A stretch of DNA of 64,000 nt, taken from assembly GCA_965207845.1 (NCBI GenBank), contig CBDBNU010000002.1, positions 720,323 to 784,322 on the forward strand. Reading direction: 5' to 3'. The DNA comes from Dehalococcoidia bacterium (GTDB taxonomy: Bacteria; Chloroflexota; Dehalococcoidia; Lucifugimonadales; GCA-2712585). Of the stretch, positions 8,897 through 18,024 are shown in pieces (position 1 is the first letter of the stretch; the number at the start of each line of letters is the position of its first letter). The position numbers and the translations under genes are program-made. The notes under the pieces are model-generated. The model searched no databases. It was not told the DNA's origin and was given only the letters and a program-made list of their open reading frames with translations.

Positions 8897-10270
8897 TCAC
8901 TCCTCCCCCTCGGCCTCAAGCCCCATCGGAATCTCAAACACGAACCGGCTCCCCCCTTCCGGCCTTCGCTCAGCGCGGATGGCCCCACCGTGGGCTTCAA
9001 CCATCTGCCTCGCAATCGTAAGTCCCAGTCCCGTGCCGCCCGTCGCCCTGCTCCGCGATGGGTCCACCCGGTAGAACCGGTCGAAGATCTGCGCAAGCTC
9101 CTCCTCCGGCACACCCTCCCCGGTGTCCGCAACCGACACACGCACCGAACCTTCCGTCTCTTCCACCGACACCGACACCTCACCCCCTTCCGGTGTGTGA
9201 CGCACCGCGTTGTCCAGCAGATTCCCCAGCGCCTGCGCTATCCGCGTCCGGTCCATCCGCGCTATCGGCAGTTCCGACGGCGCCTCAAGCGTCAACGCGA
9301 TCCCCTTCCTCTCCGCCGCCGGGCGGAACGCGGCTACCGACATTGTTGCCAGCTCGGCCATAGACGCTTCCTGGAAGTCCAGCGAGAGCGATCCCGCGTC
9401 CGCCTGGGCGATGAGGCCGAGGTCTTCCACCAGCCGCCCCAGGTGCAGCGCCTGCTGGTGCGCCACGTCGATGGCCGCGGGTGTGGGCGTCAGGACCCCG
9501 TCGCGCATAGCCTCCAGGTAGCCGCGCACGTTCGTCAGCGGCGTTCGCAGCTCGTGGGCCACGTCGGACATGAGCCTCACCCGCTGCTGCTCCGCCCGTT
9601 GCAGCCGGTCCGCCATATTGTTGAACGTCCGACCCAGCTGCCCCACCTCGTCCGATGACGAGACCTCCACCCGCTCCTCCAGGTTGCCCATGCCGAGCCT
9701 CGCCGCCGCGCCCGTCAGCGCCCGCACCGGGGAGAGTATGCGCCCCGAAAGCACCGTCACCAGCAGCACTCCGCCGAGCCAGGCCCCCAGCCCGGCCCAC
9801 ACCAGCGCCCAGTTCACCGACGACACCACCCGGGAGATCGCGGGCTCCGCCACCTCCGTCTCCACCTGGCCCGGGGCCAGCGACAGAAACCCTATCTCCT
9901 GGTTGCCTGTGCGAATGGGCCGGAATCTATCGGGACCCCGCCATGCAACGGGCAACCGGCCGAAGTCCGCTTGGGAGTCGGCAATCAGACGTCCCTGGGG
10001 GTCCCGCACCACTATCCGGCGGTCATACAGGTTGCCCGCCCGCTCCACGAGGGACTGAATGCCGCTCCAGTTTCGGTTTTGCGAGTACGCCAGGGAGATC
10101 ATCTCCTCCACCCGTGCGGCGCGCGCCTCCTCCAGCCGTTCGGAAAACTGGTCCACCTCCCTGTTGGCAGAATACCCGGTGTAGACCCCAACCGCAGCCA
10201 GGGCCAGACCCAGGGCCAGGGTGAAGCCCAGAATCAGTCGAAACTGGAGTCCCTGAAACCACCTAACCAT
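8897..10270 (-). CDS. Sensor histidine kinase (HAMP-HisKA-HATPase_c)
   Basis: H-box SDVAHELRTPLT, N-box LLDNAVRHTP, G-boxes DTGEGV and GGTGLGL. Two TM helices flank a periplasmic loop of about 150 aa. Start taken at the ATG at 10270 (MVRWFQ...), overlapping the response-regulator stop. Confidence 0.85.
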   Translation of the reverse strand: MVRWFQGLQFRLILGFTLALGLALAAVGVYTGYSANREVDQFSERLEEARAARVEEMISLAYSQNRNWSGIQSLVERAGNLYDRRIVVRDPQGRLIADSQADFGRLPVAWRGPDRFRPIRTGNQEIGFLSLAPGQVETEVAEPAISRVVSSVNWALVWAGLGAWLGGVLLVTVLSGRILSPVRALTGAAARLGMGNLEERVEVSSSDEVGQLGRTFNNMADRLQRAEQQRVRLMSDVAHELRTPLTNVRGYLEAMRDGVLTPTPAAIDVAHQQALHLGRLVEDLGLIAQADAGSLSLDFQEASMAELATMSVAAFRPAAERKGIALTLEAPSELPIARMDRTRIAQALGNLLDNAVRHTPEGGEVSVSVEETEGSVRVSVADTGEGVPEEELAQIFDRFYRVDPSRSRATGGTGLGLTIARQMVEAHGGAIRAERRPEGGSRFVFEIPMGLEAEGEE

Positions 10271-10958
10271 CTCCGAATCTGTAACCCACGCCGTAAACTG
10301 TCCGAATGAGACCCCTCTCCTTGCCGTCCCTCCTGTCCGAAATCCGCTTCCTGAGATTCGAAACGTGCACGTCGATGGTCCTGTCGAACCCGTCGAATTC
10401 GTACCCGAAGACACGGTCGATGATCTGGTCCCGCGTAAAGGTCCTGCCCGGCTCCTTCATGAACATGGCCAGAATCCTGAACTCCGTTGGTGTGACGGCG
10501 ACTTCCCTGCCCTGCACCCACAACTTCCGGCTTAGCAGGTCCAGCTTCAGCATGTTGGAATTCAGCGTCGAAGGCCCCGCCTCCGCCCGCTCCCGCGCCG
10601 TCCGACGCAGCACCGCCCGCACCCGTGCCGCCAGCTCCCGCGGACTGAAGGGTTTGGTCACGTAGTCGTCCGCCCCCATGTCCAACCCCTCCAGCCGGTA
10701 GGGCTCGTCCGCCCGCGCCGTCAGCATCACGATGGGCACGTCCGACTCCTCCCGGAGGATGCGGCAGACGCTTATCCCGTCCAGCCTTGGCAGCATCAGG
10801 TCCAACACAATGAGGTCCGGCTGCGCCTCCCGCGCCAGACGCAGACCGTCGATCCCATCTCCCGTGGAAAGCACCTCGTGGCCGTCACGCCCCAGGTAGA
10901 GGCGCAGGAGCTCCACCACGTGGTCGTCGTCCTCAACTATCAGTACCTTGCTTCCCAT
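10263..10958 (-). CDS. OmpR-family DNA-binding response regulator
   Basis: Receiver motifs VLIVEDDD, LIVLDLMLP and TKPF. C-terminal winged helix ...RTVYGVGYRF. Confidence 0.9.
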   Translation of the reverse strand: MGSKVLIVEDDDHVVELLRLYLGRDGHEVLSTGDGIDGLRLAREAQPDLIVLDLMLPRLDGISVCRILREESDVPIVMLTARADEPYRLEGLDMGADDYVTKPFSPRELAARVRAVLRRTARERAEAGPSTLNSNMLKLDLLSRKLWVQGREVAVTPTEFRILAMFMKEPGRTFTRDQIIDRVFGYEFDGFDRTIDVHVSNLRKRISDRRDGKERGLIRTVYGVGYRFGDG

Positions 10959-10989
10959 TCCTCCACCTTCTGATAACCTGCAACTCCCA

Positions 10990-11038
10990 ATCAGGGAAAG
11001 GAAAGGCGGGGAGACCAGGGGGTGATAGTCTCCCCGCC
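10990..11038 (-). terminator. Rho-independent terminator after the 11063..11617 gene
   Basis: Minus-strand stem GGCGGGGAGAC / GTCTCCCCGCC (11005-11015 and 11028-11038), 12-nt loop, followed by TTTCCTTTCCC. Confidence 0.6.
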
Positions 11039-11062
11039 CTTAGTATATCGTTCATCAGCGTC

Positions 11063-11617
11063 TTAGCGCCTAAACTTGCTTCTCCAGGAGGTCTCACTGT
11101 CGGCCCCACCCCGGTCGTCCTTCATTCGTCCTCGTTCCCCTCCCTTGCCCCCGTGACCCCAGCCGCCGAACCGCGGCCCTCCGAACCCTCGATTCATGAA
11201 TCCCGGCCGGCTTTCGAACCACTCGACGTACTCGTCGGCTTCATCCTGGGTTATGAGTTCCTTCTCCACCATTGCGTCCGCCCTGGCCTGCACCGCTTCG
11301 TTAGCCATGTCACCCTTGGCCTGGGCGAGAGCATCCTCCAGGGCCGATTCCTCTACTTCCAGGATTATGGCCACTTCGGCGATGAAGTCTGTGTCCGAGT
11401 CCCAATTCTCCTTGACCGTTGTGAAGGCGTCGGAAACGTCGCTCTCCTCCAGGTTGAGGATCTCCGCCACCCTGGCCGCCAGGCTCTGCCCGTCGGCGGT
11501 GGTCTTTCCGAATCCGCCGCCACCCTTCCCGCCGTGGGCGAGGATCACCCCTCCGCCGATACCCGCCACCATCAGCCCCGCCAGAATTGCCGCTACTATC
11601 CAACCTCTCTTTGACAC
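11063..11617 (-). CDS. Membrane-anchored hypothetical protein with Gly-rich ends
   Basis: N-terminal TM helix, GGKGGGGFG tract, two related acidic helical segments (ARVAEILNLEESDVSDAF and AEVAIILEVEESALEDAL), and a C-terminal GFGGPRFGGWGHGGKGG tract. Sits upstream of the two-component pair on the same strand. Confidence 0.55.
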   Translation of the reverse strand: MSKRGWIVAAILAGLMVAGIGGGVILAHGGKGGGGFGKTTADGQSLAARVAEILNLEESDVSDAFTTVKENWDSDTDFIAEVAIILEVEESALEDALAQAKGDMANEAVQARADAMVEKELITQDEADEYVEWFESRPGFMNRGFGGPRFGGWGHGGKGGERGRMKDDRGGADSETSWRSKFRR

Positions 11618-11764
11618 CTTGCTCCTCCTTGTCGTGTTGTGGGACTCCGCCCTACGGTTATGGAGGATACGATTTGACCTTTAAGAGATTGTGAAGGGCA
11701 TGGCGCCTCATTCCGGGGAAGCCCCGCGACGAAGAATTGCTCCGGCCATCTACGGCTGGGCCGG

Positions 11765-13183
11765 TCAGCTGACGGGCGGTCGCAGGTGCGACCAGGGGCG
11801 GGCTTCTTCAAAGGCCGCCGACGCCCGGAGCACCTTCGCCTCTTCACCTCTGCGCCCCACGATGTGCAGGCCGATGGGCATCCCGTCTTCCGTGAAGCCG
11901 CAGGGGATCGACGCCGCGGGCTGACCCGTCAGGTTGAACACCGGCGTATAGGGCATGTACCCAAGCCGGGGGTCCACTTCCTTGCCGTTGATCACCTTCG
12001 GATGCTGCCCCACCTGAAACGCGGGCACCGACATGGTCGGCGTCAGCAGCAGGTCGTAGTCCTGCATAACGTCGTCCGCCTGGCTCTGGAGCCGCTGATA
12101 GTCGTACATTGCCTTCACGAAGTCCACCCCGCTGGTGGACTCTCCCAAGGCCATGTTCCCGCGCACGTAGCTGGTAAGCAGGTTGCGCTTGTTCTCGTAC
12201 AGCTCCTTGTAGGAGACGTACGCGCCCGTGGAGAAGATGGTCATGAAGTACTCAATGGGATGCTGGAGCGAAATCGGGGGCATCCCCACGTCGCAACCGA
12301 GCTCCTCGAACACCCCGGCGCCCTGGTAGGCGACGTTCGCCACCTCCGGGTCCACGGCGGCATACCCGAGATCGGAGCTCCACGCCACCTTCAAGCCTTC
12401 CACCCCGTCGGCCAGTCCGGCGGAGAAGTCCGGCGGGGTTTCCCGCATCGCGTTGATGTCCCTGGCATCGTAGCCGGCGAGGGCCTGCAGGAGGGCGGCG
12501 GCGTCCCGAACGTTTCGCGCCATCGGACCCGATTGGGACGTGAAGTTTGGCGAGGGATTGCCCACGCCGCCGAACTTCGCCACGCGCCCCAGGGTGGGCT
12601 TGATTCCGTAAACGCCGCAGAAACTGGCGGGAATGCGTATGGACCCGCCACCGTCGCTGCCCGTAGCCAGGGTGCAGAGGCCCGCAACCAACGCCGCCGC
12701 CGCGCCGCCGCTGGAGCCGCCGCTGGTCCGGTCGACGTTCCACGGGTTGCGGCAGGCGTCTCCCAGCCGGTTCTCCGTGGTGCCCAGCAGCCCGAACTCC
12801 GGCGTGTTCGTCTTCCCCAGGATGATCGCGCCGGATTTCCGCACCCGCTCCGAGGTCAGGGAGTCAATCTTCGGCACGTGATTGCGATACACCAGGGAAC
12901 CCATCGTGCTGCGGATGCCCTTCGTCAACTCCAGGTCCTTGATGGAAATCGGAATTCCGAGGAGGGGCATGCCCTTCTCTCCCTTGCCGATCCGCTTGTC
13001 CGCCCGCCGCGCCGACTTCATCGCCTCATCGCCGCAGACCGTCAGGTACGCGTTGATGACGGGGTTAAACTCCTCAATTCGGCCCAGAAACATCTTGGTC
13101 AGCTCCACGGACGACACTTCCCGCGAGTCCAGAAGCTTCCTCAGTTCATATGCCGGAGCAAACGCCAATTCTCCACTGTCCAT
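11765..13183 (-). CDS. Amidase (amidase-signature family)
   Basis: GGSSGGAAAALVAG signature. 472 aa with GatA-like overall layout. Confidence 0.85.
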   Translation of the reverse strand: MDSGELAFAPAYELRKLLDSREVSSVELTKMFLGRIEEFNPVINAYLTVCGDEAMKSARRADKRIGKGEKGMPLLGIPISIKDLELTKGIRSTMGSLVYRNHVPKIDSLTSERVRKSGAIILGKTNTPEFGLLGTTENRLGDACRNPWNVDRTSGGSSGGAAAALVAGLCTLATGSDGGGSIRIPASFCGVYGIKPTLGRVAKFGGVGNPSPNFTSQSGPMARNVRDAAALLQALAGYDARDINAMRETPPDFSAGLADGVEGLKVAWSSDLGYAAVDPEVANVAYQGAGVFEELGCDVGMPPISLQHPIEYFMTIFSTGAYVSYKELYENKRNLLTSYVRGNMALGESTSGVDFVKAMYDYQRLQSQADDVMQDYDLLLTPTMSVPAFQVGQHPKVINGKEVDPRLGYMPYTPVFNLTGQPAASIPCGFTEDGMPIGLHIVGRRGEEAKVLRASAAFEEARPWSHLRPPVS

Positions 13184-13208
13184 TACGATCCCTCCAATTC
13201 AGATTTCC

Positions 13209-14027
13209 TCATCCGTAGACCTGGTGCTGCGCCAGCGGCGTCGACGTGACGGGCGTTGTAACGCTCAACCCGGCGTCCACCGGAATCACCACCCCCGTCA
13301 CCCACCGCGATTCGTCGCTGGCCAGGAACACCGCCGTCCATGCCACGTCCCACGCCGAACCCTCCGTCCCCAGCGGCGCCGATTCCATGCGAGTGCGACG
13401 GAGCGCGTCGTCCACCCGCGGCGCCACCATGGGCGTGAACACCAACCCCGGCGCGATGCAGTTGACGCGGATGTTGTCCCGTCCGTGATCGCCCGCCATG
13501 GAAAATGTCAGGCCGATGACCGCAGCCTTCGACGTGCTGTAGGGTGTGGTGCCGTTGGCCCTGAGTCCCGCGATGGACGAGATGTTGATGATGGACCCGC
13601 CGCCGCTCTCGATCATGGCCGGTATAGAGTAGCGGCTGGTAAGCATGATGCTCTTGACGTTCACTTCCATCACCCTGTCCCACTCCTCTTCCCTCACGTC
13701 CACCACCTTGGCCCGGTGGGATATTCCCACGTTGTTGTCGAGCACGTCCAGCCGCCCGAATTGTTCCACCGCCGCCTCCACCATCGTTCTGCAGTCGTGA
13801 GCAAGGGTAACATCCGCCTCGAAGACCGATGCGACGCCGCCCTCGTCCTGAATCAGCCGGAGCGTCTCCCGGGCGCGGGACGCCACGTTGTCCACAAGCA
13901 GCACCTTCGCCCCCTCCCGGGCGAACAAAATGGCGGTGGCTTTGCCGTTCCCAACCCCCGGCCCGCTGGAACCCGCGCCGGTAACGATGGCTACCTTGCC
14001 TGCCAGACGACCTCTACCCTGTGCCAT
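13209..14027 (-). CDS. SDR-family oxidoreductase
   Basis: Start at the ATG at 14027 (GGAGGAGCA upstream). TGAGSSGPGVGNG cofactor motif, NISS, and YSTSK (YxxxK). Confidence 0.85.
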   Translation of the reverse strand: MAQGRGRLAGKVAIVTGAGSSGPGVGNGKATAILFAREGAKVLLVDNVASRARETLRLIQDEGGVASVFEADVTLAHDCRTMVEAAVEQFGRLDVLDNNVGISHRAKVVDVREEEWDRVMEVNVKSIMLTSRYSIPAMIESGGGSIINISSIAGLRANGTTPYSTSKAAVIGLTFSMAGDHGRDNIRVNCIAPGLVFTPMVAPRVDDALRRTRMESAPLGTEGSAWDVAWTAVFLASDESRWVTGVVIPVDAGLSVTTPVTSTPLAQHQVYG

Positions 14028-14097
14028 TGCTCCTCCACCTGAATGATACGGACTCGCCCAAAATATACCAGCCAACCAACTCTCCCGTCACCCGTCC

Positions 14098-15501
14098 CTA
14101 CCCCACCGGCGGCTTGAATCTGTACCAACCCGTCTCCCGCTCGTAGGCGTGGGCCACCCGCAGCAGCAGTTCCTCCTCCCGGTGCCTGCCCATAATGTGC
14201 ATGCCGATGGGCAGCGGTCCCTCCCCGAATCCGCACGGCACAGAAATCGCCGGCGCCCCCACGTCGGACGCTATCGCCGTGCACGCCAGGCTCAGCGATC
14301 CTGCCGAGATCCGCTGCCCCCGCACATCCGTCACTCCCCGTGTTTCCGGCACCTTCAGCGCCGTCGTCAACGAGGTCGGCGACACCACCACGTCCACCTG
14401 CCGCATCACCCGCGCCACCGCCCGTTTCAGAAGCGCCAACCGCCGCTGCGCGTCCAGGTAGTCGGCCATCGGTATGGCGGCTCCCCGCTCCAGCCGTAGC
14501 TTCATGTCGTCGTCAATTTTCGCCATCCGCTCCGGAGGGAAGGCCTCCCGGTAGTAGACGGCAGACTCCGGCTCGACGATGGTGTTGTGGATGTCCGACA
14601 CCCCCGCCGCCCCTTCGATGGACACCTCATGTACCTCTGCGCCCAGGTCCGATAGCACCGCCACCGCCCGCCGCACCGCCTGCTCCACCTCCTCGGTGCA
14701 CCCTCCGCCAACGAACTCCTCCAGCACCCCCACCTTCACTCCTTCGATGCCGCCCTGCAGCGCCGCCCTGTAGTCCGGGAACGGCCCCCGCAGGCTGACC
14801 GGGTCCTCCGGGTCGTGCACCGCCAGCGACTGCAATGCCAGCGCCGTATCCTCCACCGTTTTGGCCAGGGGCCCCGCCTGGTCGAAGGACCAGGACGGGC
14901 CGAACAGGTTGTGCCTGCTGATGAGTCCGAAGGTTCCGCGCAGCCCCACCACCCCCGTCCACGCCGCCGGAATTCGCACGGACCCGCCCGTGTCCGACCC
15001 GATGGACACCAACCCCATGGACGACGCCACCGCCAGCCCGGACCCCGCGCTGGAGTGCCCCGGCGACCGGCTGACGTCCCACGGGTTGAAGCACGTCACC
15101 GCCACGTCACGCCGGAAGTGGCAGTTCACCTTCCCCACCAGAATCGCACCCGCCCGTTCCATCAGCTCGTGCACCCGCGCGCTGGTGGCGGGCACGTAGT
15201 CCGAGTGGCTCAGGTATCCATAGGTGGTGCGAATCCCCGCCGTGTCAATCAGGTCCTTCAGGGTGTAGGGAATGCCGTGCAGCGGCCCTCGGTATTCGCC
15301 CTTTCGTATCTCCTCTTCCGCCGTCTGCGCCCGCTCAAGGGCGTAGTCGGCGGTAACCGTCGTGAAGCCGTTCAAAGGCCCGTCCACCCTGTCGATGCGG
15401 TCCAGCGTTGCCCGCGTCAACTCCACGGGCGAAACCGCGCCCGACTCCAGCAACTCCGCAAATCCCGCAACCGTGCCATTCGCCAAATCCAGTTTGCTCA
15501 T
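14098..15501 (-). CDS. Amidase (amidase-signature family), second copy
   Basis: Start at the ATG at 15501 (MSKLDLANG...). GHSSAGSGLAVASS is a variant of the AS motif. Conserved C-terminal PLPIGMHIMGR region, similar to the first amidase. Confidence 0.85.
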   Translation of the reverse strand: MSKLDLANGTVAGFAELLESGAVSPVELTRATLDRIDRVDGPLNGFTTVTADYALERAQTAEEEIRKGEYRGPLHGIPYTLKDLIDTAGIRTTYGYLSHSDYVPATSARVHELMERAGAILVGKVNCHFRRDVAVTCFNPWDVSRSPGHSSAGSGLAVASSMGLVSIGSDTGGSVRIPAAWTGVVGLRGTFGLISRHNLFGPSWSFDQAGPLAKTVEDTALALQSLAVHDPEDPVSLRGPFPDYRAALQGGIEGVKVGVLEEFVGGGCTEEVEQAVRRAVAVLSDLGAEVHEVSIEGAAGVSDIHNTIVEPESAVYYREAFPPERMAKIDDDMKLRLERGAAIPMADYLDAQRRLALLKRAVARVMRQVDVVVSPTSLTTALKVPETRGVTDVRGQRISAGSLSLACTAIASDVGAPAISVPCGFGEGPLPIGMHIMGRHREEELLLRVAHAYERETGWYRFKPPVG

Positions 15502-15630
15502 GCCGTTTCCCCCGTTGTTGATAGTCCCTTTCAATAAGCTAGGGTGTGACGCCCATTCAGTCAACGTCGAGGCCGCGCAATTGACAACATTCCCGCTTTC
15601 GGGTGAAATTGCCTTGGAAGGAGGTGCTTC

Positions 15631-16005
15631 TTGGAGAGCGAGCGGAGAGAATACCAGGAAGAAGTCTATAAGGCCCTGACGTCAACCGTCACCGAAATTC
15701 AGCGAGACCACGTCAAGCTGAAGAAGTCTCTGGCCCGCATTGAGGAAGACCAACACCAGTTACGAGCGTTGATAGGCCAGGTGAAGCAGCTGCAGGAAGA
15801 GTTGCGGGAGACCATGTTCGGCGTTCACCAGGACCACACCAATGCCGCGGCGGGCGTGCTGGAACTGCAGAGGTACTGCGTGCGGGTCGATCAGAGGCTG
15901 CATCGTCTCGAGGAGCGACAGGAAGCCATGAAGATCTCGGTTGCCGCCCTGAGCCGGCACGAACCGGACGACGACGATCAGCCCAAGTGGAAGTTCTGGG
16001 CATAG
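15631..16005 (+). CDS. Coiled-coil hypothetical protein
   Basis: 124-aa ORF with a TTG start 6 nt after GGAGGTG. Heptad-like charged sequence (KLKKSLARIEEDQHQLRALIGQVKQLQEELRE). Confidence 0.5.
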   Translation: MESERREYQEEVYKALTSTVTEIQRDHVKLKKSLARIEEDQHQLRALIGQVKQLQEELRETMFGVHQDHTNAAAGVLELQRYCVRVDQRLHRLEERQEAMKISVAALSRHEPDDDDQPKWKFWA

Positions 16006-16035
16006 CCCGAACGCTCCACCGGTCCCCTTCCTTCC

Positions 16036-16824
16036 CTAAAGCACCTCTCTGGCAAAGGCCAGCATCGCCGCGTTGAACTTCTCCTTCTCCGTCCACGGCA
16101 GCAGGTGCCCGCTGTGCTCGAAGTACACCTCCCTCGAGTCCCTAAAGCTCCCAAGCAGCAGCCGCGCCGTCGGCTCGTCGATCACCCCGTACTTCGCCCA
16201 GAAGACCCGGCTGGGCGCTTCCATCCTCTTTAACACCGGACGAAAGTCGGCGAAGTAGGACTCCCACGCCGCCGCCCGGTGCGTCGCCGTCGGCGTCTTC
16301 ATGCACTCGTAGGACATCCAGTCAATCAGTTCGTCGGAGACGTTCGCCTCGGGCCCGAAGTAGTCCACCACCGCCTTGCGATGGTCCGGCAGCCGGTAGT
16401 TCTTGATGGCGTCCAGCTTCTCCAGCAGCCCGTCCAGACCCTGAAACCGGTACGGGCGCTGGTCCACGTCCGCGAACCCCGCCATCCGGTCCTCCCCGTA
16501 TAGCTCCACGTATCGCCAGAGAATGGCGCTGCCCATGGACCACCCCGCCGCCACCACCCGTTCCAGGCCCAGGCTCTCCAGCATGAAGCGGTAGTCGTGG
16601 GCGTATTGGGTCAGGGTGAGCCCCTGGTCCGTCTTGCCCGACTCGCCCCGGCCCCTCACGTCCATGGAGACCACGCGCACCTCCTTCGACATGGGGCCGA
16701 TGTTCTTCTGCCAGAACTTGGTGTTGAAAGGCTCGGCGTGTATGAGGAAGATGGCGGCGTTGTTCCTCGGCCCTTCGTCCTCATAATAGAGCGGCACTCC
16801 GTCCGGCGTTACCAGGTAGGGCAT
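16036..16824 (-). CDS. Alpha/beta-fold hydrolase
   Basis: Nucleophile elbow GWSMG and an HAEPFN oxyanion region. 262 aa. Confidence 0.8.
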   Translation of the reverse strand: MPYLVTPDGVPLYYEDEGPRNNAAIFLIHAEPFNTKFWQKNIGPMSKEVRVVSMDVRGRGESGKTDQGLTLTQYAHDYRFMLESLGLERVVAAGWSMGSAILWRYVELYGEDRMAGFADVDQRPYRFQGLDGLLEKLDAIKNYRLPDHRKAVVDYFGPEANVSDELIDWMSYECMKTPTATHRAAAWESYFADFRPVLKRMEAPSRVFWAKYGVIDEPTARLLLGSFRDSREVYFEHSGHLLPWTEKEKFNAAMLAFAREVL

Positions 16825-16867
16825 GGTGTTCCTCCTCCAAATTGCTTTCCCGCGAGAATATCAGACG

Positions 16868-17854
16868 TCAGTCTTCGTGTCCCCGCTCGATGGCCAGCTT
16901 CAACCGGCGGTACTCCGACGCGATCTCCGCACCCAGGATCAGGATGAAGGCGGAGAAGTAGGCCCACACCATCAGTACCACCACCGAAGCCACGCTGCCG
17001 TACAGTTCGCTGTAGTCTGCGAAGTTGTCCAGGTACCAGATGAAGAGGTGCTTTCCAGCCTCGAACAGGACGGCGGCAACTACGGCGCCCAGCCACAGGT
17101 ATTTCCAGTGGGTCCTGGTGTTGGGCAGGAACTTGTAGATGATCGCAAAGATGAGGAAGTTCACCAGCAGCACCGGAATTTCCATGAGTATCGCCATTCC
17201 CCATCCACCCAGATAGTCCTCCAGTGGGACGCCTCCAATGTTATAGGAAGTCGCCAATCGGAACAGCGAAGTCGTCCCGACGGAGATGAAGAACAGGAGC
17301 GACACGCCCGCTGCCATCAGGAGCTGCCTGGGCTTGTTCTTGTAGAAGGGTGGGTCCTTCTCCACGTCCCACGCCCGGTTGACCGCACGGGTTATGCCGC
17401 CGAAAACGGCGCTGCCAGCCCAGAGCAGGCTGAAGAAGGATACGACTCCGAAGGCGGCGTTGTACCTTGACAGGCTGTCCAGCGTGTCACGCACGAAGGC
17501 CTCCGAACCGGGCAGATAGTCGACGATGAACGCAATCACCTGGTCCTGTCGGTCGGGGGAGTTGGCCACGGTGCTGATGATGGTGCTCAGCCCCAGCACC
17601 AGGGGGAACAGGGAGAGCACGGCGTAGTAGCTGACGCTGGCCGCCATGTGAGTCGCGTCGTCGTCGCCGAGTTCCTGGACTACCCGCACCGTCAGCCGCG
17701 CCACCGTGCTTCTGCCCAGCCTGGTGGCCCCCAGCTCCCGCTTGAGCCTGTCGAGGCCCTGCCCGAAGATCGCAGCCATCAGCTGGAACCTCTGGACCAT
17801 GCGCAGGAACCGACTAGCGGCCGGAACGGATGCGATTTTCTTTCTGGGATTCAT
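16868..17854 (-). CDS. YihY/BrkB family membrane protein
   Basis: ...THMAASVSYYAVLSLFPLVLGL... with six TM helices, the typical YihY (formerly called RNase BN) layout. Confidence 0.8.
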   Translation of the reverse strand: MNPRKKIASVPAASRFLRMVQRFQLMAAIFGQGLDRLKRELGATRLGRSTVARLTVRVVQELGDDDATHMAASVSYYAVLSLFPLVLGLSTIISTVANSPDRQDQVIAFIVDYLPGSEAFVRDTLDSLSRYNAAFGVVSFFSLLWAGSAVFGGITRAVNRAWDVEKDPPFYKNKPRQLLMAAGVSLLFFISVGTTSLFRLATSYNIGGVPLEDYLGGWGMAILMEIPVLLVNFLIFAIIYKFLPNTRTHWKYLWLGAVVAAVLFEAGKHLFIWYLDNFADYSELYGSVASVVVLMVWAYFSAFILILGAEIASEYRRLKLAIERGHED

Positions 17855-18024
17855 ATGTCAATGCGCTCTTGGGGTTTCCGTGTCCACCCACCCAACCGGG
17901 CGTCAACCGCCGAAATCGGAGGCTGAATGCAAGGGGTCAGCCGCCAATTGTTGCTGCGACTGACCCCTGACTGTTTCCGTTTGTCGACGGACTTTCGCCC
18001 GAATCTACCGTGGTTGATGTAGGA